Assembly (NCBI GenBank): GCA_022842645.1
Contig: JALHPE010000004.1
Span: 8,557-72,556, forward strand
Direction of reading: 5' to 3'
Origin: Minisyncoccota bacterium
GTDB lineage: Bacteria; Patescibacteriota; Minisyncoccia; Phycocordibacterales; UBA2100
DNA length: 64,000 nt
Part shown: one piece after another, positions 20,675-30,708 of the stretch
How positions within the stretch are numbered: the stretch's first letter is position 1
Layout of the letters: every line of letters starts with the position of its first letter
Program-made: the position numbers and the translations under genes
Notes under the pieces: model-generated
The model's input: the letters and a program-made list of their open reading frames with translations, nothing else
What the model was told of the DNA's origin: nothing
The model's database searches: none

Positions 20675-21910
20675 TTATAGTATTTCCGGGCGGGGCACGG
20701 GGAGTATATACTTTCCACCCCCTTCCGCAAAGCGCTTCGTTGCTTCCATTATGGGAAGCGCAAAATTCCACGCCAATAGCAAACAATAATCAGGCTTGCG
20801 AGCATAAAGCTCGTCTCGCGCGACAATGGGAATATGCGTCCCGGGCATCACCCTACCCTGCTTAAGCGGAGAATCGTCGACGATAAAATCAATGTCTGCA
20901 TGTGTGAGCCCAAATGCGTATGAGAACGTTGTCGCTTTAGCGGGCGCGCCGTATCCCGCGATTCGGCCACCATTCATTTTTATACGATTCATCACTTCAG
21001 ACAGAGCCGCCTTATTTGCTAGAATGGACGCGCGAAACTGCTCGTAGATTGGGGACGTATTGAGGTGGGCTTCACCCTGCAGAAGTGTGGCGAGTGTTTC
21101 AGACACCTGACATGCACCCCCTTTTTTCTGTACCCACACTCTGACTGAACCGCCGTGCACCGCTATACGCTCCACATCAAAGATTTCCATGTCGAGGCCA
21201 GCAAAAAAGTGCTGAAGCGGAGCGAGGTGATGGTAAAAGATGTGCTCATGATACACAATGTCGAACAAATTTTTCTCAATAAGATCCTTCAGATATTGCA
21301 CTTCAAAAACAAATACTCCGTCATCGGAGAGCAGTGTGCGCACTGATTCTGCAAAACCACGGAGGTCGTCAGTGTGCGCAAATACATTATTTGCCGTCAC
21401 AACACGGGCATGACGCTTCTGTGCAAGAGACGACGCGAGCGCGGGCGTTAAAAATGCATTCACGGTTTCAAGTCCCGCGGCATTTGCATCGGCTGCAATG
21501 TTCTTTGCGGGTTCAATACCCAATACATCCACACCGTGATCCTTGAATGCCTTGAGGAGCACCCCATCATTTGAGCCGACATCTATCACCAGATCTTTGG
21601 AATTGAGCTCAAGCTTCTGCAGAACCTGTTTCGCATAATCCTCAAAATGTTTCCGAAATGACGGGGACGTACCTGATACGTACAAATAGTTTTCAAACAA
21701 CGCCCGTGGATCAACCGTATGTCGCAACTGCACCGAAAAACACGAAACGCAGCGCACAACCTCAAGAGGAGCAAAAGGTTCTTCTGTGCCCACCTCCTCA
21801 GGGAGCAGGAAATTGTTTGCGAAAGGAGTCTCGCCAAAAGAAATAACCTCTTCAAAGGCTCGAGCGCCGCATAAGCGACATGTCGTAGATTCTACGAATA
21901 GAGAGCTCAT
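20675..21910 (-). CDS. NDP-hexose C-methyltransferase (TylCIII-like; zinc-ribbon + class I MTase + C-MTase C-domain)
   Basis: N-terminal CxxC...CxxC (CRLCG...CVSC), then a SAM methyltransferase fold, at ~410 aa. The start is either MSSLF (21910) or a GTG at 21967. Confidence 0.6.
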   Translation of the reverse strand: MSSLFVESTTCRLCGARAFEEVISFGETPFANNFLLPEEVGTEEPFAPLEVVRCVSCFSVQLRHTVDPRALFENYLYVSGTSPSFRKHFEDYAKQVLQKLELNSKDLVIDVGSNDGVLLKAFKDHGVDVLGIEPAKNIAADANAAGLETVNAFLTPALASSLAQKRHARVVTANNVFAHTDDLRGFAESVRTLLSDDGVFVFEVQYLKDLIEKNLFDIVYHEHIFYHHLAPLQHFFAGLDMEIFDVERIAVHGGSVRVWVQKKGGACQVSETLATLLQGEAHLNTSPIYEQFRASILANKAALSEVMNRIKMNGGRIAGYGAPAKATTFSYAFGLTHADIDFIVDDSPLKQGRVMPGTHIPIVARDELYARKPDYCLLLAWNFALPIMEATKRFAEGGGKYILPVPRPEIL

Positions 21911-21956
21911 CGAGACAGTATCCTGCATTACTACATGTGAAGCAACTCTGGCGCAG

Positions 21957-22436
21957 ATGGCAGTCACATCGTACTATAACGCTATGGATCCATTACACGA
22001 GCGCGCAGAATATATACAGAAAACATCCAATCCCTTTGTCGATGTTCGGGGACGCATTGATAATTATGATTTGGTCGCGCCCATCAACATGGCGAACATT
22101 ATCACTTCTGCACCCCGCACCATTCGCGCCAATCACTACCATCCAGAACAACTACAACAATGCCTCGTGATTTCTGGTTCATACATCAGTGTATTCAAAG
22201 ATCTGCTTCGCCCAGACGCAGTCCTTCAGTCACAGGTGGTGCGCGCAGGAGATCTTTCTGTGATGCCACCCATGGTGGCGCACGCTATGATTTTTACTGA
22301 GGACACGGTGTTTCTCAATCTCGTAGGTGGCAACAGAGATCGTGACACATTCGGTAAGCATACCGTTCCCTTTACCCTCGTCACCGACGCTGATATTGAT
22401 GGCTTTATTGAGAAGCACCGTGAGCGTGCGCTCTAA
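21957..22436 (+). CDS. cupin-fold protein, possible NDP-sugar keto-isomerase/epimerase (WxcM/FdtA-like)
   Basis: ~160 aa with a His-rich cupin core (RANHYHPEQ...). The start is uncertain (21957 or 21984). Confidence 0.35.
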   Translation: MAVTSYYNAMDPLHERAEYIQKTSNPFVDVRGRIDNYDLVAPINMANIITSAPRTIRANHYHPEQLQQCLVISGSYISVFKDLLRPDAVLQSQVVRAGDLSVMPPMVAHAMIFTEDTVFLNLVGGNRDRDTFGKHTVPFTLVTDADIDGFIEKHRERAL

Positions 22437-23608
22437 GCAACGCTCTCTAGCAGTCTCTTGATTGCTTCCGCTCGCGCCTCCCACGTATGTGTTCGAGCGA
22501 GTGTTTGCGCAGACTCTTTCCGCGCACCATGGGCACTGCTCTCAAGAATAGTTTGTATGGCTCGTGCAAAAGACTCTGGGTTATCCGGCTCCGCAAATAT
22601 CACTTCTTTTTCAGTAACAATTTCGCGTATTGATGGTAAGTCGGATGTCACGATAGGAGTTCCTGATGCAAGGTACTCAAATAATTTTACTGGTGACGTT
22701 TCGTATTTCGATGCTCGCTCTTTCGCTGTATTGGGAAGCACAATCACATCTGCCGCTCTCAAAAACAGGGGGATGCGCGCATGCTCTTGGTGTGGCAAAA
22801 ACACAATACGAGGAAGTGACCGCTCAGCAACAAACTGCTCGATACTTGCGCGATCCGACTCGGTCCCTCCAACGAAATAGACGCATGTGTCTTCGGGAAG
22901 GAAAGGCGTAACTTCTGCAAGGGTGTGTACTCCTTTCCAGGAAAACAGATGCCCCGTATAAAGCACGATCCGCTGTTCTAGAGGCAAATGCAAGATCTCT
23001 CTCGCTTCCGGTTGTGTTTGAGGTATATCAAACATAGGAACGTCCACTGCATTCGGCTGTACGATCATTCGTTTTTCCGGAAAGCCATAATACTCCGCGA
23101 GGCGTTTCTTTTTTATAGAATTAGTGACAATTAATCCTGCCACACGATGAAGCACAAAACGATTGAGTACATGCCATCGACTTTCATAAAAATCATGAAT
23201 CTCGACACAGATCGGCAACCCAAGAATACTGGGGAGCACAAAATCGCGCAGATCGTGACCGTATAGCAGTACATTCTCGTTGAGCCCCCGCAACCTCCAC
23301 CACACCGCAAGATTAAATGAAAAGACCATCATGAAGAATCCGATTGATCCGAGCTGAGCCATAAGATCGAGTGCCCAGATTTTTCGAATCGGGAAATTCA
23401 ATTGGATTCTGTGTTTCTCGAAAGGATCTCCGTCAAACGCATTACGACGCTGTGGAACCCACAGTTCAACATCGTACCCGAGACGGACAAATTCCTCACA
23501 TGTTTTGAGAATAAGAGGTGACATCGTTTTTTCCGACGGAATCCGCCAGTGAGTGAGATAGATCAGCCTCTGAGCCATATCGCTGTATCGTACTCTCGCC
23601 CATCTCAA
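22433..23608 (-). CDS. GT4 glycosyltransferase
   Basis: 391 aa with a C-terminal EYLASGTPIVTSD motif (GT-B/GT4 E-x7-E region). Confidence 0.8.
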   Translation of the reverse strand: MRWARVRYSDMAQRLIYLTHWRIPSEKTMSPLILKTCEEFVRLGYDVELWVPQRRNAFDGDPFEKHRIQLNFPIRKIWALDLMAQLGSIGFFMMVFSFNLAVWWRLRGLNENVLLYGHDLRDFVLPSILGLPICVEIHDFYESRWHVLNRFVLHRVAGLIVTNSIKKKRLAEYYGFPEKRMIVQPNAVDVPMFDIPQTQPEAREILHLPLEQRIVLYTGHLFSWKGVHTLAEVTPFLPEDTCVYFVGGTESDRASIEQFVAERSLPRIVFLPHQEHARIPLFLRAADVIVLPNTAKERASKYETSPVKLFEYLASGTPIVTSDLPSIREIVTEKEVIFAEPDNPESFARAIQTILESSAHGARKESAQTLARTHTWEARAEAIKRLLESVA

Positions 23609-23635
23609 AACACCAGAATTACGGTACTATACAGC

Positions 23636-24048
23636 ATGCGTGATTTACTGAGCTCTCGCGAACGCATTATTCACATGGCACGAGTCGCCTGTGTTGGCGG
23701 TATTGGATTTGTCGTACAAACAAGCATTTTTGAAATCGTTGGTATCCAATTGGAACTCCTTCGCCCTTCAACAGCCCACTCCTTGGCGGCGAAATAGCCG
23801 TCTTGCTTGGATTCGTTTTGAACAACCACTTCAACTTTCCGGATCGGACAGTGCCAGTGCACACACGTCTGCTTCGATTCCATACCGTGGTTCTTGGCTC
23901 CCTCTTCTTGCAGTGGCTCTTTGTACGCCTCGCTGAAATATATTTCCCCGGATCTACAATGATGCTCCGCGCCGCGTACCTCTGCGGTATTGGTCTTGGT
24001 TTCCTCTCGAATTATATCGGCTACACGCTCTGGGTGTGGCGAAAGTAA
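23636..24048 (+). pseudogene. GtrA-family gene interrupted by a frameshift (N-half 23636-23797, C-half to 24048)
   Basis: ORFs 23549-23797 and 23803-24048 encode the N-terminal half (ACVGGIGFVVQTSIFEI) and C-terminal half (PLLGGEIAVLLGFVLNNHFNF...WVWRK) of one GtrA-like protein. They lie in different frames, with the junction near 23735-23770. Confidence 0.5.
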
Positions 24049-25136
24049 TCTGAGCGTGCGCCTTTGGCGAGACGTATACGAATGTCATTCACGATATTTG
24101 GCACTTGTGCATCGATACGAAAGTATCGCACGAACACTTCGCGTGCTTTGTACTGCATGTCTTTGTATTGCTGTGGTGAGAGGGACGCATGAAAATCCGC
24201 GATGCGTTCGGGAAGTTTTTGTAGATCTCTAAAATCAACGACGAGTGAGAAATCGCGCATGTCGACATGGTCGCTAAAAGGAAAATTGCGTTCTGTATCA
24301 AGAATGATGGGAATGCGCCCAAGCGAGAGAATCTCATAGAGCCGTGTTGCATCGTTTGCATCCCCTCGCACATCGAGTGCATAGTCGGAATTAAGAATCG
24401 TATCCACCAATTCCTCACGCAGTGCCCGCATGTCTTTTTCGGCAGTCTTAGCAGTGCCAGAAAAAGAGTTGCGCGCTTTAAGATTGAGGGAGACCCGCGG
24501 CGATGAGCGCAGTACATCAACGGCACGTTTCCGCCAAAACACACCCTTCGTGCATGCTTTGTATCGATCATCGAATAAACCGTGCAGGCGCACTGGTGCC
24601 TCACGCATCATGGTACGAAGCGCTGGGAGGAGTGGATAGTGTACCCAGGCGGCAAAACCAACGCTTGGTATTCCTTCTTGTTTCTCGCGGGGAGAGAATA
24701 CCCCACTCCGGCAGCGTTCGAGCAAATCGTCAGAAGCAGGCGGTACCTGAATACGGTTGCGCTCTGGCAGAAAGCGGTAGCCGCCGATTCTCAATACATA
24801 TGCGTCTTCGTAGGAAACCGGGAATTCAACATCGCCCATACCATCAATAAAAAGTGGGAGCTTGTGCGCGCGAGCACGCTCGATACATTCAGCGAGAAGC
24901 GCCGGGTCGTTCTGCATAAGCCACACGTGCCGGTATGGCGCGAAGACCATGTCGGCATTTGTAATATCATGAACGATCGTATAGTGCCGCCTGTCGAATG
25001 AAAACGCATCAAACATTTCTTTGGCAAAAAGAGACGTGGCTTCGTTGGGATTCCCCCAAAATGGGTAGAGGAACGGCGCATGAAGCCCCCTCCTTCTCCA
25101 CGCAGGATCAACGTAGAGGCGTAAGGGGGTGCTCAT
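24021..25136 (-). CDS. exostosin (GT47)-like glycosyltransferase
   Basis: 371 aa. The C-terminal block LYEILSLGRIPIILDTERNFPFSDHVDMRDFSLVVDFRDL...QQYKDMQ matches the conserved exostosin C-terminal signature. Confidence 0.5.
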   Translation of the reverse strand: MSTPLRLYVDPAWRRRGLHAPFLYPFWGNPNEATSLFAKEMFDAFSFDRRHYTIVHDITNADMVFAPYRHVWLMQNDPALLAECIERARAHKLPLFIDGMGDVEFPVSYEDAYVLRIGGYRFLPERNRIQVPPASDDLLERCRSGVFSPREKQEGIPSVGFAAWVHYPLLPALRTMMREAPVRLHGLFDDRYKACTKGVFWRKRAVDVLRSSPRVSLNLKARNSFSGTAKTAEKDMRALREELVDTILNSDYALDVRGDANDATRLYEILSLGRIPIILDTERNFPFSDHVDMRDFSLVVDFRDLQKLPERIADFHASLSPQQYKDMQYKAREVFVRYFRIDAQVPNIVNDIRIRLAKGARSDYFRHTQSV

Positions 25137-26221
25137 AGAGCCTCCACCACGCGAATATATTCTCGTGCGGCTTTGGGCCAGGAAAAGATTGTCGCGCGGT
25201 CTTTTCCTTTAGTGATGAGTTCTGTGCGGAGAGCTTCGCCATTGTAGATGCGCTCCATTGCTTCGGATATCGCATCAACATTATGTGGATCAACGAGGAG
25301 AGCTGCATCGTCCGCAACTTCTGCCATCGAGGAAATATTCGAAGTAATAACTGGCGTACCAAGGCTCATGGCTTCCACGATTGGCATGCCGAATCCTTCA
25401 TTAATTGATGGAAAGACACATGCGAGTGCGTTTTTATAGTAGGCATAGAGCGCCCCCTTCACCGTATACCCCACAAAATGAACGTTCTGTTCTAGTCCAG
25501 CCTCCTTAATGTCCTCCTGGATTTTTTCGTAATAGGATCCGCCATAGTCGCCTGCAATAACGAGCTGACAATTGGAAGACATCCGTTTTTTAAAGCGAAT
25601 AAATGCGGAGACAATGCCGTGCACATTTTTGCGGTATTTCACTTTTCCTATAAAGAAAAAATAGGGTTTCAAATTCTCGTTCACGGGAACTGCCTCGTCT
25701 TTATATACTTCAAGACTCTGAAATCCGTCATAACTCACCGCAATACGATCCTCTCCTATACCATAAAAATGCATGAGGTCTTTTTTTGTAGCCTCAGAAG
25801 CGGCGATGATATGACTCGCACGCGCAAACGAAAGACGCATGAGTATCTGATCGCGTAAGAACGCAAACGCTTTTGCACTCAATCCTTGTGGTGGGATCTT
25901 CTGGCTCGCGAGCTCTTGGCACATGGGGATCGCATGTACACCGCGCACAATCAAAGGCACCATCGGCACCATGAAAATAAGTGCATCGGGACAGTTTTTG
26001 AGCGTAAAAAAGAACCAGAGTTTCTTTAGAAAGTTATGGGGGACGATTATGTTCTCATAGGCACCGGGAACGAGTGCCCGATCAATTGGTTTTGATGAGT
26101 AGAAAAGAAATTCGTGCGCAGGCCCTTCTTTCGGAAGGTTACGCATAAGTTCGAGAATCACATACCCCATCCCCGAGGCATTACGCTCCTCGTATGGCTC
26201 TGCGACAAACCCAATTCTCAT
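25133..26221 (-). CDS. GT4 glycosyltransferase
   Basis: 362 aa with INEGFGMPIVEAMSLGTPVITSN. Confidence 0.8.
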   Translation of the reverse strand: MRIGFVAEPYEERNASGMGYVILELMRNLPKEGPAHEFLFYSSKPIDRALVPGAYENIIVPHNFLKKLWFFFTLKNCPDALIFMVPMVPLIVRGVHAIPMCQELASQKIPPQGLSAKAFAFLRDQILMRLSFARASHIIAASEATKKDLMHFYGIGEDRIAVSYDGFQSLEVYKDEAVPVNENLKPYFFFIGKVKYRKNVHGIVSAFIRFKKRMSSNCQLVIAGDYGGSYYEKIQEDIKEAGLEQNVHFVGYTVKGALYAYYKNALACVFPSINEGFGMPIVEAMSLGTPVITSNISSMAEVADDAALLVDPHNVDAISEAMERIYNGEALRTELITKGKDRATIFSWPKAAREYIRVVEAL

Positions 26222-27249
26222 ACCACCAAGGGCTCAAGCACAGCGCGATTCTCTTTGATCCACGCAAACATGTCGTCAAAACCCTCTTCAAGAGCAATTG
26301 CCGGTTTCCAGCCAAAATCATGCTCGGCTTTGCGTACGTCAGAGATATAGAGCTTTTGGTCACCGGGGCGCCAATCACTATGAGACACTGCGACCGTACC
26401 AATTTTTTTCTCAAGAAACGAGACAAATTCAAGAATGGACGATGTGTAGCCGGCGCCGCCACCAATGTTGTAGATCTGACCCCGTGTCGCATCAATGCGT
26501 GCGATTGCGGCGTCAAAAGCTCGCACCAGATCGTTCACGTGCAGAATGTCGCGCACTTGTTTGCCGTCGCCATAGATCGTGATCGGTTTTCCAAAAAGCG
26601 CACGCATCGTGAGAAACGCCACCCATCCTTGATCCACAATGCCAAATTGGTGTCCGCCATAAATACACGATTGGCGGAATACGACAGTCGGCACATCATA
26701 GATACGACTCCAATCGCGCACATATTGATCTGCCGTGCCCTTAGAACAACCGTAGGGTGAGTGGAAGTCGAGAAGCATCTCTTCGGGAACACCGTGGGGC
26801 ATATCGGGAAATACATAGCGTGTTCCCTCTTCTTTCACGACAACATGCTCCAACCCTCCGTACACTTTATTAGTTGAAGTGTAGAGAACGATCGGCTTCT
26901 TCGTTGCGCGACGCGCGCCATCCAGTACTGCCAGCGTGCCCAGCGCGTTAGTATTGAAGTCAAGAAGAGGGTCGGTCACCGATGTCGTCACGGCAACCTG
27001 CGCTGCGGCATGGAGAATGACATCGTAGTCACCTTGTGCAATGTGCTCGGAAACTGCGGGAACATCTTTAGCTACATCCATCTCAAGAACGATGATGTTC
27101 GGTACGGCTTGTTTTAGAAACGCTTCGTTAACCCGAGAACCTGGGCGAGAGAAATTATCAAGACACGTAATATCCCATCCCTTTGCTGCAAAATACACTG
27201 CAGCGTTTGTACCGATAAAGCCGCTTCCCCCTGTGATGAGCATCTTCAT
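26218..27249 (-). CDS. NAD-dependent epimerase/dehydratase (CDP-paratose-2-epimerase/dTDP-glucose-dehydratase-like SDR)
   Basis: 343 aa with ITGGSGFIG. Confidence 0.78.
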   Translation of the reverse strand: MKMLITGGSGFIGTNAAVYFAAKGWDITCLDNFSRPGSRVNEAFLKQAVPNIIVLEMDVAKDVPAVSEHIAQGDYDVILHAAAQVAVTTSVTDPLLDFNTNALGTLAVLDGARRATKKPIVLYTSTNKVYGGLEHVVVKEEGTRYVFPDMPHGVPEEMLLDFHSPYGCSKGTADQYVRDWSRIYDVPTVVFRQSCIYGGHQFGIVDQGWVAFLTMRALFGKPITIYGDGKQVRDILHVNDLVRAFDAAIARIDATRGQIYNIGGGAGYTSSILEFVSFLEKKIGTVAVSHSDWRPGDQKLYISDVRKAEHDFGWKPAIALEEGFDDMFAWIKENRAVLEPLVV

Positions 27250-27264
27250 GCGCGTATGATACCG

Positions 27265-27894
27265 CTACTTCGCATGAAGCTCCAGAGTAAAAAAATGGTG
27301 GTAGGGACTCTCAAACGGGATAAAATCACTGACGATTTTGCCGTGCTTCGAAAGTTCTCCGCGGATGCGAGAGATGGGGTAATCGCGCTTCCCTATTTCC
27401 CAGTAGTGCTGGCCATTGAAGGCGTGTGCTTTGGGATATGGGATTTTATAGGCAAGACGCACGCGCGGAAGAAATGGGATCTTGCATGAAAGTGAGAGCA
27501 TGGGACCAAAATGCGGAAGACTTATGAGTACATGCGAGCGCGCAACACGCGCAAGCTCACTCAGTGCTGGTTGGAATTGATCAAACGGAAGGTGTTCCAG
27601 AACCTCAAATGCGCATGACACATCAAAAGAAGCACCGGGAAACGGAAGCTTTGTTACAGGCGCGATCACATCCGCCCCAACATCATCCGCAATGTCGACT
27701 CCTATGTATGCAATGCCGGTATTGTTTTTGAGATAACTCCCCACCACACGATCTCCCACACCAATTTCGAGCACTGAGCGCGGCTTCACGCGCATGATTT
27801 CAGTGAGCTGCGCGTGATAGCTCACAAAACGCTCCTCATCGCCATAGAGGTCAAAATGATACGCATCTTTGTCTACTTGTTTTTGAGTATGCAT
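27265..27894 (-). CDS. class I SAM-dependent methyltransferase (type 11)
   Basis: 209 aa with VLEIGVGDR. Confidence 0.72.
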   Translation of the reverse strand: MHTQKQVDKDAYHFDLYGDEERFVSYHAQLTEIMRVKPRSVLEIGVGDRVVGSYLKNNTGIAYIGVDIADDVGADVIAPVTKLPFPGASFDVSCAFEVLEHLPFDQFQPALSELARVARSHVLISLPHFGPMLSLSCKIPFLPRVRLAYKIPYPKAHAFNGQHYWEIGKRDYPISRIRGELSKHGKIVSDFIPFESPYHHFFTLELHAK

Positions 27895-28925
27895 ACAAGG
27901 CGTTCTATAAGATTTGGGAGTGCGTGATCGCGCTCTACGATAGCACGGCTTTGCTTTCCGAGCGCCTCGAGCGTCTCGCGCCTAAGGTTGTAGACGCGCA
28001 CAAGCGCGCGAATGAAAAGCTCTGGCTTTGGCTCTGAAACCACAAGATCAGAATGGATTTTTGCGAGGATTGGTTTTGCCGCGTCGTTTGAAGAAATAAC
28101 AATGCACCCCGCGGCCATTGCCTCCAAGACTGCCTTATCAAGACTCCCCGTCGTACTTGCATGGAGCATGATGTCGGAATTCGCCAGCAATTTCGGGATC
28201 TCAGCGGGTGTCTTGGAACCTGCAAAAAGAACCTTGTCTTGGAGATGAAACCGCTCGACGAAGGAGTGTAGCTCTGCTTCATAGCGCTGATCATCTCGAG
28301 TTACGGACGCCCCCACCACAAGCAGCTGGTATGGCACCCCGCTTCTCGGAAGCTCCGGTAATGCCTCAAAAATGGTCATTAAGCCCTTGGAAGGCGCGAT
28401 ACGACCGAACGCAATAAGCCGCAGAAAATCAGGTGTTGGAGGGCGTTCTAAGGCAAAAAGAGTGGTGTCGATGCCATGTCCGGTCACAGTCACGTTTGGG
28501 CGCTTGAGGCGGAAACTTTCGGGAGACGCAGTGCAGATAGCGTCGACGAGATGGCTCCCGAGACGAACCTTGAGATCAGTGCTCTTATGCGCATACCAGA
28601 GCAAGCGACGCCTCTGAGCCAGTTTCCAAAGTGGCCACCCGAGGATCGCGTACTCAGGATTCATGTGGATGAAAACTGCATCGCAGCGAAACAAAAAACG
28701 AAGGGCGAAATAATAAAAGCGAAAGAAGCGGACGACTCGATGAGTTCCCCTTTCTTTACCGAGAGAATGCACATGCACGTGCGCGGGAAGATCGTACTTC
28801 CCTTTGCGCAAACAAATAATCTCGATCGATTCGCAGTGCTTTGCAAATTCAAGCACCCATCGATGGAAAAATCCCAAAACCGGATCTTCGCTATCAAGTG
28901 CCTGTGTACAAATTAAGAGGCGCAT
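27873..28925 (-). CDS. GT4 glycosyltransferase
   Basis: 350 aa with EAMAAGCIVISSND. Confidence 0.75.
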   Translation of the reverse strand: MRLLICTQALDSEDPVLGFFHRWVLEFAKHCESIEIICLRKGKYDLPAHVHVHSLGKERGTHRVVRFFRFYYFALRFLFRCDAVFIHMNPEYAILGWPLWKLAQRRRLLWYAHKSTDLKVRLGSHLVDAICTASPESFRLKRPNVTVTGHGIDTTLFALERPPTPDFLRLIAFGRIAPSKGLMTIFEALPELPRSGVPYQLLVVGASVTRDDQRYEAELHSFVERFHLQDKVLFAGSKTPAEIPKLLANSDIMLHASTTGSLDKAVLEAMAAGCIVISSNDAAKPILAKIHSDLVVSEPKPELFIRALVRVYNLRRETLEALGKQSRAIVERDHALPNLIERLVCILKNK

Positions 28926-29785
28926 ACGGCCTTTGGGTTCTCGCCATAGACGCCGCGCAAGAGATCGAGGTCTTTCTCGCTCTCAAGGAGAAGCCCGATG
29001 TTCTTACACTCAAGTGCACGCAAGACCGCCGCGCCGTTTTTGTCGTGCGGCAGTGTTTTTTCGTACATGGAGCGGAGTGCCGCAATGTCTTTGATAAAGC
29101 AAAGGCCTCCCGCACCACGCCCCGGCTTTGAGCCCTGATGCCCGCTTTCATGCACAACCGTGAGGTGCGATGGGCCAATGCGCGGATCGGCTGCAAGTGC
29201 CTTTTTAATTTCCTCGTAATTACACCCGTCGGCTTTCACGAGGTCATAAAAGATATTCGCAAACATCACCTTCATATAGAGAAAAAGGTTGTTAGCGTAT
29301 TTGACATACTCAGCTTCCCGCGCAGTGCAGATTGAGGAGTAAGTTGCTGAGGCCAAAACCGAAAGCACTTTTTCTGCGTGGGGACGGTCTTTTTCTGCAA
29401 CAATACCGATGATGTTTTTGTCGGGGTGCGCCGCATCGTGTGCCGCGGTTGTCACGCGCAAAAACTCTGGCGAGTGCATGACAATGCGATCGGGATATTC
29501 TTTTTGGATCGATTCAGTTGTCCCTGGAATGATGGTGGATTTAATAACAACGACGGTGCCAGGAGCGGTTGTTGCAACCGCAGCACGTACGATTGAATCG
29601 TCATATCCTTCAGGAGTTGTGGGTGTAGGGACGGCGATAAAAACGATTTCGCATTCCTTTATTTTCTCTTTGTTTTGTACGTAGGGCTCTTCAAGCGCAT
29701 ACCGCACAATCGAGAGGCCGCGACGCTCAAAATCGTCGGCATAATTCTTTCCGATAAACCCTTGTCCGATGAATCCGATCTGCAT
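28913..29785 (-). CDS. UDP-glucose/GDP-mannose dehydrogenase family protein, short form lacking the C-terminal UDP-binding domain
   Basis: 290 aa with GQGFIG...FIAVPTPT (N-terminal domain) and GGLCFIKD (catalytic-Cys central domain). It stops where the ~100 aa C-terminal domain would normally begin. Confidence 0.55.
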   Translation of the reverse strand: MQIGFIGQGFIGKNYADDFERRGLSIVRYALEEPYVQNKEKIKECEIVFIAVPTPTTPEGYDDSIVRAAVATTAPGTVVVIKSTIIPGTTESIQKEYPDRIVMHSPEFLRVTTAAHDAAHPDKNIIGIVAEKDRPHAEKVLSVLASATYSSICTAREAEYVKYANNLFLYMKVMFANIFYDLVKADGCNYEEIKKALAADPRIGPSHLTVVHESGHQGSKPGRGAGGLCFIKDIAALRSMYEKTLPHDKNGAAVLRALECKNIGLLLESEKDLDLLRGVYGENPKAVCAS

Positions 29786-29791
29786 AGTGTT

Positions 29792-30691
29792 TTACCAATC
29801 TTTAGTGTAACCCTTCTCACTCTCAAGCCACTGTGCGGTTTTTCGTAAGCCCTCTTCCCATTCTGTCTTTGCATACCAGCCACCGAGGAGGGCCCGCGCT
29901 TTTTCAACGCTAAATTCTTCGTGATAGGTCTGGCGAGGCCGGTCAGTGACATGCACAATCTGTGAAGGCGATTCAACCACACGCTTTATATCTTCTGCCA
30001 TCTTGTTTGCGGAAATAGGCTCAGACGCGGTGAGATTGATCACGTGCCCCTGGCTTTCGGGATGCTCGTGTGTGCGCACAATGCCGTCCACGAGGTCTTC
30101 GATAAACGTGAGGGTGCGATCCTGCTCGCCAGTGCCATGCACGGTAATGTCAGCACCTTTGTATGCTTGATCGAAAAAGACGTGCGTCGCAAGTGCCTCA
30201 CGCATGCCGGGGCCATAGATCGTCGCAAAGCGCAAAATTGTCCACGCCATGCCGAAATTGAGCCCGTAGCCTTTGATAACCTCTTCCCCCGCGAGTTTCG
30301 TTGCGGCATAGAGCTCTGCCGGCTTTGGAAGTGTTGAGTCTTCATACTCAGGATGTGTTTCTTGATTGCCATACACGCAACAGGTGGACGCGTACACAAG
30401 CCATACTTTGTGCTTCGCGCATGCAAAGGCAACGTTGTGCGTCCCGGTCACATTGAGTTCAGTGCAGAGGTAGGCGTCTTCAAACGATTTTACTTTGGTG
30501 AGATCTGCTTGTGCGGCGATGTGGTACACGACTTGAACCCCATCTGCAATCGCCGCGTCAACCGCATTGCGATCGAGAATGTCCCCTCCAGAACGAATAT
30601 CAAATGGCACAATCTCGTGCCCCTGCTCCTTGAGGCGGAGAACAACGTGTCCACCAATGAATCCGTCTGATCCGGTAACAAGTATTTTCAT
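29792..30691 (-). CDS. NAD-dependent epimerase/dehydratase (SDR)
   Basis: MKILVTGSDGFIGGHV. The start was chosen at the 7th codon of the ORF. Confidence 0.78.
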   Translation of the reverse strand: MKILVTGSDGFIGGHVVLRLKEQGHEIVPFDIRSGGDILDRNAVDAAIADGVQVVYHIAAQADLTKVKSFEDAYLCTELNVTGTHNVAFACAKHKVWLVYASTCCVYGNQETHPEYEDSTLPKPAELYAATKLAGEEVIKGYGLNFGMAWTILRFATIYGPGMREALATHVFFDQAYKGADITVHGTGEQDRTLTFIEDLVDGIVRTHEHPESQGHVINLTASEPISANKMAEDIKRVVESPSQIVHVTDRPRQTYHEEFSVEKARALLGGWYAKTEWEEGLRKTAQWLESEKGYTKDW

Positions 30692-30708
30692 GACAAGTAA
30701 CGATACCA

